Source: an uncultured Candidatus Saccharibacteria bacterium
Lineage (GTDB): Bacteria; Patescibacteriota; Minisyncoccia; Minisyncoccales; UBA5738
Assembly (NCBI GenBank): GCA_964523275.1
Contig: CAZFZI010000001.1
Location: 7,214-46,947, forward strand
DNA: 39,734 nucleotides
Direction of reading: 5' to 3'
The position numbers were made by a program, and so were the translations under genes. The stretch's first letter is position 1; each line of letters begins with the position of its first letter. Below, one piece after another: positions 17,262 to 25,506 of the stretch. The notes under the pieces were generated by a model. That model made no database searches, was not told the origin of the DNA, and saw nothing but the letters and a program-made list of their open reading frames with translations.

Positions 17262-17369
17262 CGCTCCCTCTTTATAAAATTTCAAAAGCGCTACGCGCTT
17301 TTTTTGGTTTATAACGCGCGATGGTGTAAAATAAAGCCTGTTGAGGCCAAACTTCAACGCCCAACTTTA

Positions 17370-17398
17370 ATCTTGCAATGCTTAGAGCATTGCAAGAT
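17370..17398. promoter_or_regulatory. Perfect 13-bp inverted repeat ATCTTGCAATGCT-TAG-AGCATTGCAAGAT in a divergent intergenic region
   Basis: Read directly. Lies between the minus-strand small ORF and the plus-strand acetyl-CoA synthetase start at 17416. Confidence 0.6.
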
Positions 17399-17415
17399 AT
17401 TCAAACAAAAATTTT

Positions 17416-19527
17416 ATGGAAAGCAAAAATTTGGATATATTTTTCAATCCCAAGACAATCGCGATAATCGGCGCCAGCGACAGAGAGCATTCCGTGGGCG
17501 GCGCGATTTTTTCCAACATCAAAAACAGCGCCTATGCCGGCAAGGGAATTCCGGTCAACAACCGCGCCGATACGGTGCAAGGCATTAAAGCATTCGCGGC
17601 AATCGGCGATATCAACGAAAAAATAGATTTGGCAATTATTGCCACGCCCGCGCCCGTTGTTTTGGATGTTTTGTCGGACTGCGGCAAAGCCGGCATTGGC
17701 GCGGCGGTGATTGTTTCTTCGGGCTTCAAAGAAGCCGGCGCCACCGGGCAAAAGAATTTTGCCAAAATCCAAGAAACGGCAAAGCAATACGGCATTCGCG
17801 TTCTGGGGCCCAATTGTTTGGGATTTGCCAGCCCGCGAATATCGCTCAACGCGAGCTTCGCGCCCCAATTGCCCCTGCCGGGAAGCATTGCTTTTATTTC
17901 CCAAAGCGGCGCGCTGTGCGACACGCTTTTGGACTGGTCTCTGCGCGACAACATCGGCTTTTCCCACTTTGTTTCCATCGGTTCGGCCGCCGACATCGGT
18001 TTTGCCGAACTGATCGGTTATTTTGACCGCGACAAAAACGTCAGCAGTATTCTGCTCTATATGGAATCATTGAATAACGCGCGCGAATTTATGGCCGCCG
18101 CGCAAAAATTTTGCCAAACAAAACCCATCGTCTGCCTGAAAGCCGGCACCAATCCCGCGGGCGCAAAAGCCGCGGCTTCGCACACGGGCGCAATTGCCGG
18201 CAACGACAAAGTTTTTCTGGCAGCATTTGAACGCGCCGGCATCATTCGCGCGAACACCATCAGTGAATTCTACAATTACGCCAGAACTCTCAACCACTGC
18301 AAAAAACCCGAGGGCAACCGGCTGGCAATTATCACCAACGCCGGCGGTCCGGGCGTTATTTCAACCGACTTTTTAACGCAAAACGGCGGCAACTTGGCAA
18401 AACTTTCCAAACTATCCATTAAAAATTTAGACGCGGATCTGCCCGCCGCGTGGAGCCGTTCCAATCCGATTGATGTTTTAGGCGACGGAACTCCCGAACA
18501 CTACCGCGCCGCCGCGCAAATATGCCTGCAAGACAAAAATGTTGACGGCATTATGGCAATTATTGCTCCGCAAGCCGTCACTCAAAGCAAAGAAATTGCC
18601 GCGAAAATCGCTTCCCTGCCCGATATTGATAAAAAGCCGGTTTTCATTTCTTTCATGGGCGCCGGCCGCGTTGCTCAAGGAGTGGAAGTTTTCCGCCAAG
18701 CCGGCATTCCCACTTATCGCACGCCGGAAAAAGCGGTTGCCTGTTTTCTGGGATTGGCACTTTGGCAAAAAAACATAAAAGAGGCAAAAACAACCGCGCA
18801 AAAAAATTCCGGCAAATTTCGCGGCGATATGAAAACCGCGTCCGCGATAATTGAAAATACCGAAGCAATTGAAGAAAGTGTTATCACCGGCAGTGCCGCG
18901 CGCAAAATTTTGCAATCCTACGATCTGCCTTGTAATCCGGTCTATTTGGCAAAAACCGCGAAACAAGCCATGGTAACCGCAAAAAAAATCGGCTTTCCCG
19001 TTGCCATGAAATTGCAGGCAAAAAATCTTTTGCACAAAACCGAGCTTGGCGGCGTGCGATTGAATATAAACAATGCCGCCAACACCAAAAAAGCGTTTGA
19101 CGAGATTATGGAAAAAGCGAAAAAATCTTTAAAGGATGAACATATTGAAGGCATTGCCGTGGAAAAAATGGTTTCAAAAAAATATGAACTGATTGTGGGG
19201 GCAAAAAAAGATCCACTTTTCGGGCCGGTAATCATCTTCGGCATGGGCGGCACCGCCGTGGAAATTTTTGACGACACCGCCATCGGCTTGCCGCCGCTGA
19301 ATGCGGCGATGGCAAAAAACTTGATGGCAAAAACCAAGATATTTAAATTGCTGAAAGGCTACCGCAACACAAAAGGCGCCGACATTGAAAAACTCGCATC
19401 ACTTTTGGCAAAATTTTCCCGCCTGCCGCTTGACTTTGAACAAATAAAAGAAATTGATATCAACCCCCTGGCTGTTGATGAAAACGGCGCCCTGATTCTG
19501 GACGCCAAAATCATTCTGGACATTTAA
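17416..19527 (+). CDS. ADP-forming acetyl-CoA synthetase / acetate--CoA ligase (fused alpha-beta, NDP-forming acyl-CoA synthetase)
   Basis: FFNPKTIAIIGASDREHSVGG (CoA-binding Rossmann), LGPNCLG, SQSGAL, HTGAIAG (phosphohistidine loop), and a C-terminal ATP-grasp ending EIDINPL. Confidence 0.88.
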   Translation: MESKNLDIFFNPKTIAIIGASDREHSVGGAIFSNIKNSAYAGKGIPVNNRADTVQGIKAFAAIGDINEKIDLAIIATPAPVVLDVLSDCGKAGIGAAVIVSSGFKEAGATGQKNFAKIQETAKQYGIRVLGPNCLGFASPRISLNASFAPQLPLPGSIAFISQSGALCDTLLDWSLRDNIGFSHFVSIGSAADIGFAELIGYFDRDKNVSSILLYMESLNNAREFMAAAQKFCQTKPIVCLKAGTNPAGAKAAASHTGAIAGNDKVFLAAFERAGIIRANTISEFYNYARTLNHCKKPEGNRLAIITNAGGPGVISTDFLTQNGGNLAKLSKLSIKNLDADLPAAWSRSNPIDVLGDGTPEHYRAAAQICLQDKNVDGIMAIIAPQAVTQSKEIAAKIASLPDIDKKPVFISFMGAGRVAQGVEVFRQAGIPTYRTPEKAVACFLGLALWQKNIKEAKTTAQKNSGKFRGDMKTASAIIENTEAIEESVITGSAARKILQSYDLPCNPVYLAKTAKQAMVTAKKIGFPVAMKLQAKNLLHKTELGGVRLNINNAANTKKAFDEIMEKAKKSLKDEHIEGIAVEKMVSKKYELIVGAKKDPLFGPVIIFGMGGTAVEIFDDTAIGLPPLNAAMAKNLMAKTKIFKLLKGYRNTKGADIEKLASLLAKFSRLPLDFEQIKEIDINPLAVDENGALILDAKIILDI

Positions 19528-19982
19528 AACTCCATAGCCGCGATATCACCGGCTTGCGCGCCGGTTTTTTGTATTTGGCCAGCGGCAACTTCAAGCACGT
19601 ATTTTGCCGGCGCGTCCGGCGCGTAGCTGGGGCAAGGATCGGCAACACACGGCGGCGTGTTTTGCGAAATATAAACTATTTTGCCGTCCGAATCTATCCA
19701 AATAATATCCAGCGAAATCAAGGTGTTTTTCATCCAAAAAGAATGCCGGATTTCGCTTTCAAAAACAAACAACATCCCTTTGCCATCGGCCAAACTTTCG
19801 CGAAACATCAGTCCCCGCGCCTGCTCTTGCGGCGTTTTGGCAATCTCAACATCATAGCAAGAATCTTTCACACAAACCCGCCCCAATCCATTTTTCGGCG
19901 CGTTTTTTTGATTGCTAAAAACCAAAAAACCGGCAACCAAAATCACCGCTGTAAAAATTAAAAAAATAAAATTATTTTTCAC
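19524..19982 (-). CDS. DUF192-family protein
   Basis: GLMFRESLADGKGMLFVFESEIRHSFWMKNTLISLDIIWIDSDGKIV matches the DUF192 (COG1430) core. N-terminal TM/signal. GTG start. Confidence 0.7.
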   Translation of the reverse strand: MKNNFIFLIFTAVILVAGFLVFSNQKNAPKNGLGRVCVKDSCYDVEIAKTPQEQARGLMFRESLADGKGMLFVFESEIRHSFWMKNTLISLDIIWIDSDGKIVYISQNTPPCVADPCPSYAPDAPAKYVLEVAAGQIQKTGAQAGDIAAMEF

Positions 19983-20000
19983 AAATTCAATACTTAGTTC

Positions 20001-20044
20001 GCCAAGGTCGCACCTCAGCGATTACGCCGAGGAACGACCTTTGA
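20001..20044 (-). repeat. Imperfect palindromic element, copy B (GCCAAGGTCGCACCTC...GAGGAACGACCTTTG)
   Basis: Same arms as 903-953 with a shorter apical loop. Again begins 4 nt after a minus-strand stop codon (20048-20050). Confidence 0.7.
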
Positions 20045-20047
20045 AAA

Positions 20048-20932
20048 TTACCAGAATTTGCCGAATTGCCACCCTTGTTTTTTGGCATTCTCAAAATAAT
20101 TGCGCAAAATGTTTTGCGAATCGGCATCGGTTTGGTTTTTGCCGATGACACAATGGATGCTCAACAACGCCTCCAGATAGGAATCCGCATTCATTTGCCA
20201 AACATCGCCATGTCCGTCATATTCGCAATTTATGCAAACCACCAAACGGTCGGCATTGGGTTGAAGCAACATTCCGTGTGCCGCGTTGGAACACCCGCCG
20301 CCATCCGCACCCAGCCCCGCCAAAGTTTCGGCAACTTTCCTTTTTGCCATGCGGCCGATAATTTCATATTTATCTTCGCATAAAAAGAAAATGAATTTAT
20401 ATTTTCGCAAATCAGGAACTTGCAATTTTTTAATCCTGACGGCAACATCCGAAATGTCTTCCTTTAAAATACCATAGAGCATTGCCGCGTAGGTGCTCAC
20501 GTTATATGTGGGCGGCTCTTTTATCGCCGGAAAAGCGAAAACATTTTCCAGGCGCAAAAATTTTCCCGCCGGCGGCTCGGGATTGGAAGTGATCAATTTT
20601 GGTTGCCATCCGTTTTGGGTGAGCCACTGCGCCATTTTCACGCCATCCTTGCCTCCGGAAGCGTTGACAATGTAAACATTCAAATCTTTTTCCGGGCAGT
20701 TTTTGAAAAATCTTTGGTAGTCAACGATTGAAAAAGCGCAACCGCCGAAATTTCGCGCCAATATCCGGCCGGTGTTGTCGGCATTACCCGAACCCACGAA
20801 AACATTGCGGCTGGTTTTTTTGATATTTATTTGCGGATATTCCCACTTGGGCAAATTCTCCAAAGTTTGGAGCGCGTAATAATCCAAGGTTTCCAATTTT
20901 TGGTTTTCCAAATTTTCCATAATTTTTGCCAT
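20048..20932 (-). CDS. Hypothetical protein, possibly SIS (sugar isomerase)-like fold
   Basis: FVGSGNADNTGRILARNFGG...DLNVYIVNASGGKDGVKMAQWLTQNGWQPKLITSNP follows the GxGxS...SxSG...iT pattern of SIS domains. ATG at 20930-20932. The function is uncertain. Confidence 0.6.
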   Translation of the reverse strand: MAKIMENLENQKLETLDYYALQTLENLPKWEYPQINIKKTSRNVFVGSGNADNTGRILARNFGGCAFSIVDYQRFFKNCPEKDLNVYIVNASGGKDGVKMAQWLTQNGWQPKLITSNPEPPAGKFLRLENVFAFPAIKEPPTYNVSTYAAMLYGILKEDISDVAVRIKKLQVPDLRKYKFIFFLCEDKYEIIGRMAKRKVAETLAGLGADGGGCSNAAHGMLLQPNADRLVVCINCEYDGHGDVWQMNADSYLEALLSIHCVIGKNQTDADSQNILRNYFENAKKQGWQFGKFW

Positions 20933-20947
20933 TTTATTAATGTATAT

Positions 20948-21040
20948 ACTTTGAATTATGAAATTAGAATTTGTTGAAATCGAATTTCAACAAGCGCGTT
21001 GAAATTTGATTTCAACAGTTAGTATTTCATAGTTCAAAGT
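20948..21040. promoter_or_regulatory. Nested palindromic structure: 17-bp outer arms enclosing two GTTGAAAT-NNN-ATTTCAAC hairpins
   Basis: Outer arms ACTTTGAATTATGAAAT (20948-20964) and ATTTCATAGTTCAAAGT (21024-21040) match 16/17. Inner palindromes lie at 20973-20991 and 20998-21016. Confidence 0.65.
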
Positions 21041-21049
21041 TATTTGATT

Positions 21050-21397
21050 TTATTTTTTGAAAAATCTGTCCAGCGGACTTTTGTCTTTGGCGTTTACTGC
21101 CACCGCGTTGACAAATCCAAGCAAAACGCCAACGCCGGTGAGAATATAAAATGACGTGAAAATCTTGCTGGCATCGGTTGTCGGCGCCAGATCACCATAT
21201 CCCACGGTCGTGAGTGTGGAAACGCAAAAATAAAACGAATCCAATATGCTCCAATTTTCAGCATTACAATAAAAAACCGTGCCAACAAAAAGCAGGAAAA
21301 AAACAATAACCAGCATTTCAAGAAACTGCGGTTCAGTCACCACTTCCCAGATTGCTTTAAAAAAATCCAAAAATCCGCGCCATATTGCTCCAATCAT
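21050..21397 (-). CDS. Two-TM potassium channel (KcsA-like pore-only)
   Basis: TLTTVGYGD selectivity filter flanked by two TM helices. The track start at 21418 is TTG; the first ATG is at 21395-21397. Confidence 0.85.
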   Translation of the reverse strand: MIGAIWRGFLDFFKAIWEVVTEPQFLEMLVIVFFLLFVGTVFYCNAENWSILDSFYFCVSTLTTVGYGDLAPTTDASKIFTSFYILTGVGVLLGFVNAVAVNAKDKSPLDRFFKK

Positions 21398-21466
21398 AAG
21401 CTTATTATTTTGATTCAATTATTTATTATTCCATTCTAACACAAATAAATCAAAAAACGCCATCTT

Positions 21467-21505
21467 GGCAACGAAAAAACAGGATTGCTCCTGTTTTTCG
21501 TTGCC
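21467..21505 (-). terminator. Terminator hairpin after the DEAD-box helicase gene
   Basis: GGCAACGAAAAAACAGG-ATTGCT-CCTGTTTTTCGTTGCC, a 16-17 bp stem. Confidence 0.65.
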
Positions 21506-21519
21506 ACATTTTCTTGAAT

Positions 21520-22758
21520 TTAATCAATGAAGGTGAGCGCTTTGCCGAAATTTTGGCCGCGGCCGGTTCTGCCGATGCGATGAACATAATCGTCATATGT
21601 CTGCGGCAGATCATAGTTGATCACATGCGTCACATTGGCAATGTCCAAGCCACGCGCGGCGACATCGGTAGCCACCAAAACTTGAACGCGGTCTTCTTTA
21701 AACATTTCCAGCGCCCTCACGCGATGCGAATATCTTTTATCGCCATGGATTGACTGGGCTTTAATACCGCTTTTTTCAAGCGTCTGACAAAGCTTTTCCA
21801 CGCCATGCTTGGTGCGACCAAAAACCAAAACTTTTTTGAATTCAACTTCTGTCAACAATCCGCATAAAATTTCGGTCTTGTTGCGCCCGGCAATTTTTAT
21901 CACGTCTTGATCCACGTTCTTGGAAGTGTCGCGGGTTTTAATGGAAATTAAAACCGGATCGCGCAAAAATTCGCCTATCAATCTTTCAATTTCGCGCGAC
22001 AAAGTGGCGGAAAAAAACAATGTCTGCCGGCTTTTGGACATTCCCGCCATCAAAAACCTCATATCGGCGATGAATCCCATGTCCAACATCCGATCGGCTT
22101 CGTCTAACACAACCGCGGAAAATTCGGCCAAATGAATCCGCTTCCGTTCAATAAAATCTTTCAACCGTCCCGGCGTTCCAATAATAAAGTTATTGAAATA
22201 ACGCAATTGCGCCAGCTGGCGCGAAATGCTTGCGCCGCCCACACAACACGCGGAAAAAATTTTCAATCCTTTAACCAAACTTTTGAGCTCCTGATCAATC
22301 TGAACCGCCAATTCGCGCGTGGGAGCAACGATTAAAATTTTTGTTTGGCGGTTTTGCAAAACCTTGTCAATTAACGGCACCAAAAATGCCGCGGTTTTGC
22401 CGGTGCCGGTATCAGCGATACCCACCACGTCAACGCCTTTCAAAATTTGCGGAATGGTTTTTGCCTGAATCGGGGTGGCAATCTTGTAGCCTTTCGCCGC
22501 GATAACTTTTTTTAACGCCGCGGAAATTTCAAAATCACCAAACTGGACTTTTTCAAGCGTTTGCGGGCCGTCAGCTTCAGGCGCAATCGCCTTATTGACG
22601 AATCGAGCCGGATCAATCTTGGCACCGCCAAAATTCCTTCTTTTATTTTGGAAACCGCGAGGCGCGTTAAAACGCGGCCGGCGTGTTCCAACTGCAAACG
22701 ATCTTGACTTCATAAAATAACTGCCAAAACCGTTTTTATTCTGAGTTTTTGTCTGCAT
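21520..22758 (-). CDS. DEAD-box ATP-dependent RNA helicase with a basic N-terminal extension
   Basis: FGDFEISAAL...ATPIQ (Q motif), ADTGTGKT, PTRELA, VLDEADRMLDMGF, SAT, HRIGRTGRG. Confidence 0.93.
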   Translation of the reverse strand: MQTKTQNKNGFGSYFMKSRSFAVGTRRPRFNAPRGFQNKRRNFGGAKIDPARFVNKAIAPEADGPQTLEKVQFGDFEISAALKKVIAAKGYKIATPIQAKTIPQILKGVDVVGIADTGTGKTAAFLVPLIDKVLQNRQTKILIVAPTRELAVQIDQELKSLVKGLKIFSACCVGGASISRQLAQLRYFNNFIIGTPGRLKDFIERKRIHLAEFSAVVLDEADRMLDMGFIADMRFLMAGMSKSRQTLFFSATLSREIERLIGEFLRDPVLISIKTRDTSKNVDQDVIKIAGRNKTEILCGLLTEVEFKKVLVFGRTKHGVEKLCQTLEKSGIKAQSIHGDKRYSHRVRALEMFKEDRVQVLVATDVAARGLDIANVTHVINYDLPQTYDDYVHRIGRTGRGQNFGKALTFID

Positions 22759-23007
22759 TTTTCTTTCATAACTTCGGGTCTGTTAAGCTCTTTGATGGCT
22801 TGAACCAAAACAAAAAAAGCGACCTGTAATTTTAATCGCCAGTTTTTGAAGCTTTTCGCCCTTCGCCACACTCAGGACTTCGCGGATTATACCGCTCGCT
22901 TAACGAGGATAGGTTTTACCTAAACAAAACTAACGAGAATTTTAAGTTATATGTTAATTCAAGCATAAAACGATGATTATGTCAAGGCTTGCAACAAAAC
23001 GACCAAC

Positions 23008-23033
23008 AAAAAAAGCGGGATTACCCGCTTTTT
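23008..23033 (-). terminator. Rho-independent terminator after the 23053-24045 gene
   Basis: AGCGGG-ATTA-CCCGCT with a T-run on the minus strand. Confidence 0.7.
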
Positions 23034-23052
23034 AATACGCGATAACCGGTCA

Positions 23053-24045
23053 TTAATCCATTAAAACCGGAACGGTTTTACCGTTCAAAATGCCGTTTTT
23101 TTCAAAAAAATCGGGATCAATGGAGGTTTCAAAGCAAGCGCGCCCAACACCATGCGCCCACCCTTGGGGAACGGTTTTCAGACCCGGACGGGAATAATAT
23201 CTGCTTGCCTCATTGCCTGTTTCTTCGCTCAAAAGCGCGGCAAAATCCGCGCAAAGCTCAAATGACAATTCGCCGATAACCGAATATTCATACATTTTTC
23301 CGGTTTCCGGGTCTTTAGGCATAACATAGCCGATAACGCTCAATTCATCCAAATTTTGCGGCAAGATTTCTTTTTGCTGCCAATAATTGGCGGCGGCGTT
23401 CTGAATCTCCTGCAAGTTGCTCGCTCTTTGCTCGTCAAAACGGATGTCGCGCTGTTTTGCCGGCGTTCCCATGAGCAAAAATCCATAAACAATGCTTGCC
23501 AAAATTATGCCTCCGGCAATCCAAGCAATTTTTTTGGGCAGATTGCCGGTTTTGTTTTTCTCTTTCAAATCCCACAGATAATAACCGAAAACCGCCGCGG
23601 CAGCAACAAGAATCACCAGCGCCTTCAGAAAAAATTGCGCTGTTAAATCACCTCTTAAAAAATTATACAACAGCGTCACCGTGTCAATAATCATTGTGAT
23701 CGCGGCCACAAACAGCGTGATATACCACAGCCATTTGCGCACCCCGGCTTCGCGCTTTGCCGGATAAGCTTTAATATCCTTGCCAATAATCCAAGAAACC
23801 AGAATGTGCACCGGAAACGCCACCGCCAAAACCGATGTTCCCCAAATCAGCGTCATATATATTCCACTGCCAACTCCCTGGGGATTCAACTTGTCGGGCA
23901 CCAAAAAATTGATTATCTGCCACCACAAAGTGATGAACCCGATAACGCTTAAATAAATCGTTACCGCCGACAAAAGATGCAAAAACGCGTCCTTGGCGGT
24001 TTCCTTGGACGCCACGGATACTTGCGAAACATTTTCGTTTTCCAT
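23053..24045 (-). CDS. DUF5671-type multi-pass membrane protein with a C-terminal soluble domain
   Basis: AKDAFLHLLSAVTIYLSVIGFITLWWQIINFLVPDKLN and the following TM helices resemble DUF5671, which is common in CPR genomes. ATG at 24043-24045. Confidence 0.65.
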   Translation of the reverse strand: MENENVSQVSVASKETAKDAFLHLLSAVTIYLSVIGFITLWWQIINFLVPDKLNPQGVGSGIYMTLIWGTSVLAVAFPVHILVSWIIGKDIKAYPAKREAGVRKWLWYITLFVAAITMIIDTVTLLYNFLRGDLTAQFFLKALVILVAAAAVFGYYLWDLKEKNKTGNLPKKIAWIAGGIILASIVYGFLLMGTPAKQRDIRFDEQRASNLQEIQNAAANYWQQKEILPQNLDELSVIGYVMPKDPETGKMYEYSVIGELSFELCADFAALLSEETGNEASRYYSRPGLKTVPQGWAHGVGRACFETSIDPDFFEKNGILNGKTVPVLMD

Positions 24046-24094
24046 AAATTTTTATGTTATTTTATCTTTACGCCCATTATACCATTCCCGCAAA

Positions 24095-24149
24095 TCTTGC
24101 AAAGGTGCAAAGGTCTAACCCTTGCAACAAAGGTTAGACCTTTGCAAGA
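24095..24149 (-). repeat. Nested palindrome directly after the coaD stop
   Basis: Inner arms GCAAAGGTCTAACC (24107-24120) and GGTTAGACCTTTGC (24132-24145). Outer arms TCTTGCAAAGGT (24095-24106) and ACCTTTGCAAGA (24138-24149). Abuts the stop at 24150-24152. Confidence 0.7.
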
Positions 24150-24641
24150 TTATTTTTTGCCGTATTTGGCGATGGTTTTGGCCGCTACTTGCGGATTAAC
24201 CAATTTATTTAATTTTTGTAAATCGCTTGCTTTTGCGGCTTCCCGCGCCGCGGTTGAGGAAAATTTTTCAAATTCCTTGCCGCTGATAATATAATGATAG
24301 TGCGTGATGCCAAAATTGTCGCGGTTGTAGATCATCACCGCGTTTTCATAGATAATGTCATTGTTGTCGCGGATGCCCCGGATCATCACGACCATATCGT
24401 CCGGATTGCGCAACGCCAGAAATTCTTCCAGCGTCACCGCCTTGACATCCTTCCCCAAATCATAAGTCTGCCACATTTTTTTGCATTCTTCGGGAGCAAA
24501 AATATTTTTCTCTTCCTTTACCGGGTTCACCGAACAAATAACCAAAATTTCACCGAACGCCTCGGCAGCCTTCTTGGCAAGCGCGATATGCCCGTAATGC
24601 GGCGGGCAAAAAGTTCCCGGATAGATGTAAATTTTTTTCAT
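24150..24641 (-). CDS. coaD: Phosphopantetheine adenylyltransferase
   Basis: IYPGTFCPPHYGHIALAKKA (the T/HxGH nucleotidyltransferase motif) and ISSTAAR-like FSSTAAREA. 163 aa. Confidence 0.85.
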   Translation of the reverse strand: MKKIYIYPGTFCPPHYGHIALAKKAAEAFGEILVICSVNPVKEEKNIFAPEECKKMWQTYDLGKDVKAVTLEEFLALRNPDDMVVMIRGIRDNNDIIYENAVMIYNRDNFGITHYHYIISGKEFEKFSSTAAREAAKASDLQKLNKLVNPQVAAKTIAKYGKK

Positions 24642-24688
24642 AATTTGATGATAGCAAAAAAAACGAAAAAAGAAATTTCCGGCGCGAA

Positions 24689-24719
24689 CAAAAAACAGCG
24701 GAATGTTCCGCTGTTTTTT
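24689..24719 (-). terminator. Bidirectional-looking terminator hairpin
   Basis: CAGCGG-AATGTT-CCGCTG flanked by A6 and T6 runs. Confidence 0.6.
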
Positions 24720-24739
24720 GTTTGAAATTTTCGCGTCTT

Positions 24740-24798
24740 AGTCGGCTTTCATAAATAATAACCATAAGAGGTGTGATTATTATTTATGAAAGCCGACT
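24740..24798. repeat. Perfect 22-bp inverted repeat with a 15-nt spacer
   Basis: AGTCGGCTTTCATAAATAATAA (24740-24761) and TTATTATTTATGAAAGCCGACT (24777-24798). Starts 6 nt after the stop of the 24804-25097 gene. Confidence 0.85.
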
Positions 24799-24803
24799 TA
24801 TAA

Positions 24804-25097
24804 CTACGAAAATTTTGAATATTTCTGATTGTTCACCATCACCTCATCGCGATCCTCTTTGCGATATTCAGGCAAAGCAGTAAGCCAGATGATGAACGGA
24901 CGGCGCAATTTCTCCAGCGACCAGCCGTCATCCTTGAAAAGAGACTGCTTCTCTTGGCGAAAACGCGCCAACAAAGAGCCGCTAGCGCGCAGATTAGCCG
25001 GCGAAAGCTTATTGTGCTCGGCCAAAAACTGCTCTTGCGTTATCGGTTCCGAATCAACATTTTGCTCTCTGATGGTTCTTACGCTTGATACCTTCAT
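24804..25097 (-). CDS. Hypothetical protein (97 aa)
   Basis: ATG at 25095-25097. No recognisable family. Confidence 0.5.
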   Translation of the reverse strand: MKVSSVRTIREQNVDSEPITQEQFLAEHNKLSPANLRASGSLLARFRQEKQSLFKDDGWSLEKLRRPFIIWLTALPEYRKEDRDEVMVNNQKYSKFS

Positions 25098-25149
25098 ACT
25101 CCCATGTTACCCTATTAACGGCAAATAGCAATACCCGGACCAATAATCA

Positions 25150-25176
25150 AAAACGCTCCAAAAATTGGAGCGTTTT
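25150..25176 (-). terminator. Terminator after cspA
   Basis: AAAACGCTCCA-AAAAT-TGGAGCGTTTT. Confidence 0.7.
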
Positions 25177-25189
25177 CAATCTCGGATAG

Positions 25190-25387
25190 TTAAACGCGAG
25201 CGACGTTCACCGCCGCCGGGCCTTTTTCACCGTTGATTACTTCAAAAGTAACAGCATCGCCGACTTTCAATTCGTCATAAGCAACACCATTCAACTCTTT
25301 GGAGTGGAAAAAGAGATCCTTGTCTTCCCCTTCGCGGGAAATGAAGCCAAATCCTCTTTCCGTGAGTGTTTTGATAGTTCCTTCCAT
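25190..25387 (-). CDS. cspA: Cold-shock protein (CspA family)
   Basis: GTIKTLTERGFGFISREGEDKDLFFHSKEL contains the RNP1 (GFGFI) and RNP2-like (LFFH) motifs. 65 aa. Confidence 0.95.
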   Translation of the reverse strand: MEGTIKTLTERGFGFISREGEDKDLFFHSKELNGVAYDELKVGDAVTFEVINGEKGPAAVNVARV

Positions 25388-25506
25388 TTTTTTGATTTTA
25401 TTTTACAAACAAAAAGACAACCGACTGTTTTTTAAAAATTTTGCCTTGCTCACCCAGCATACACCATAAATTGATTTTTGCCAAGCCCCGCAACAGCAAA
25501 TCGGAA

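Noticed and set aside
22759-23007. Structured RNA or riboswitch in the roughly 250-nt region upstream of the DEAD-box helicase gene
   Set aside because: A long leader is plausible for a cold-shock-type helicase. I could find neither a convincing promoter, nor a conserved riboswitch core, nor a strong extended helix by eye. It is left unannotated.
24770-24800. Five-codon mini-ORF (MKADL) with an AAGAGGTG SD inside the 22-bp inverted repeat
   Set aside because: The ATG and the codons are a by-product of the palindrome sequence, and a mirror MKAD ORF exists on the other strand. There is no independent support.
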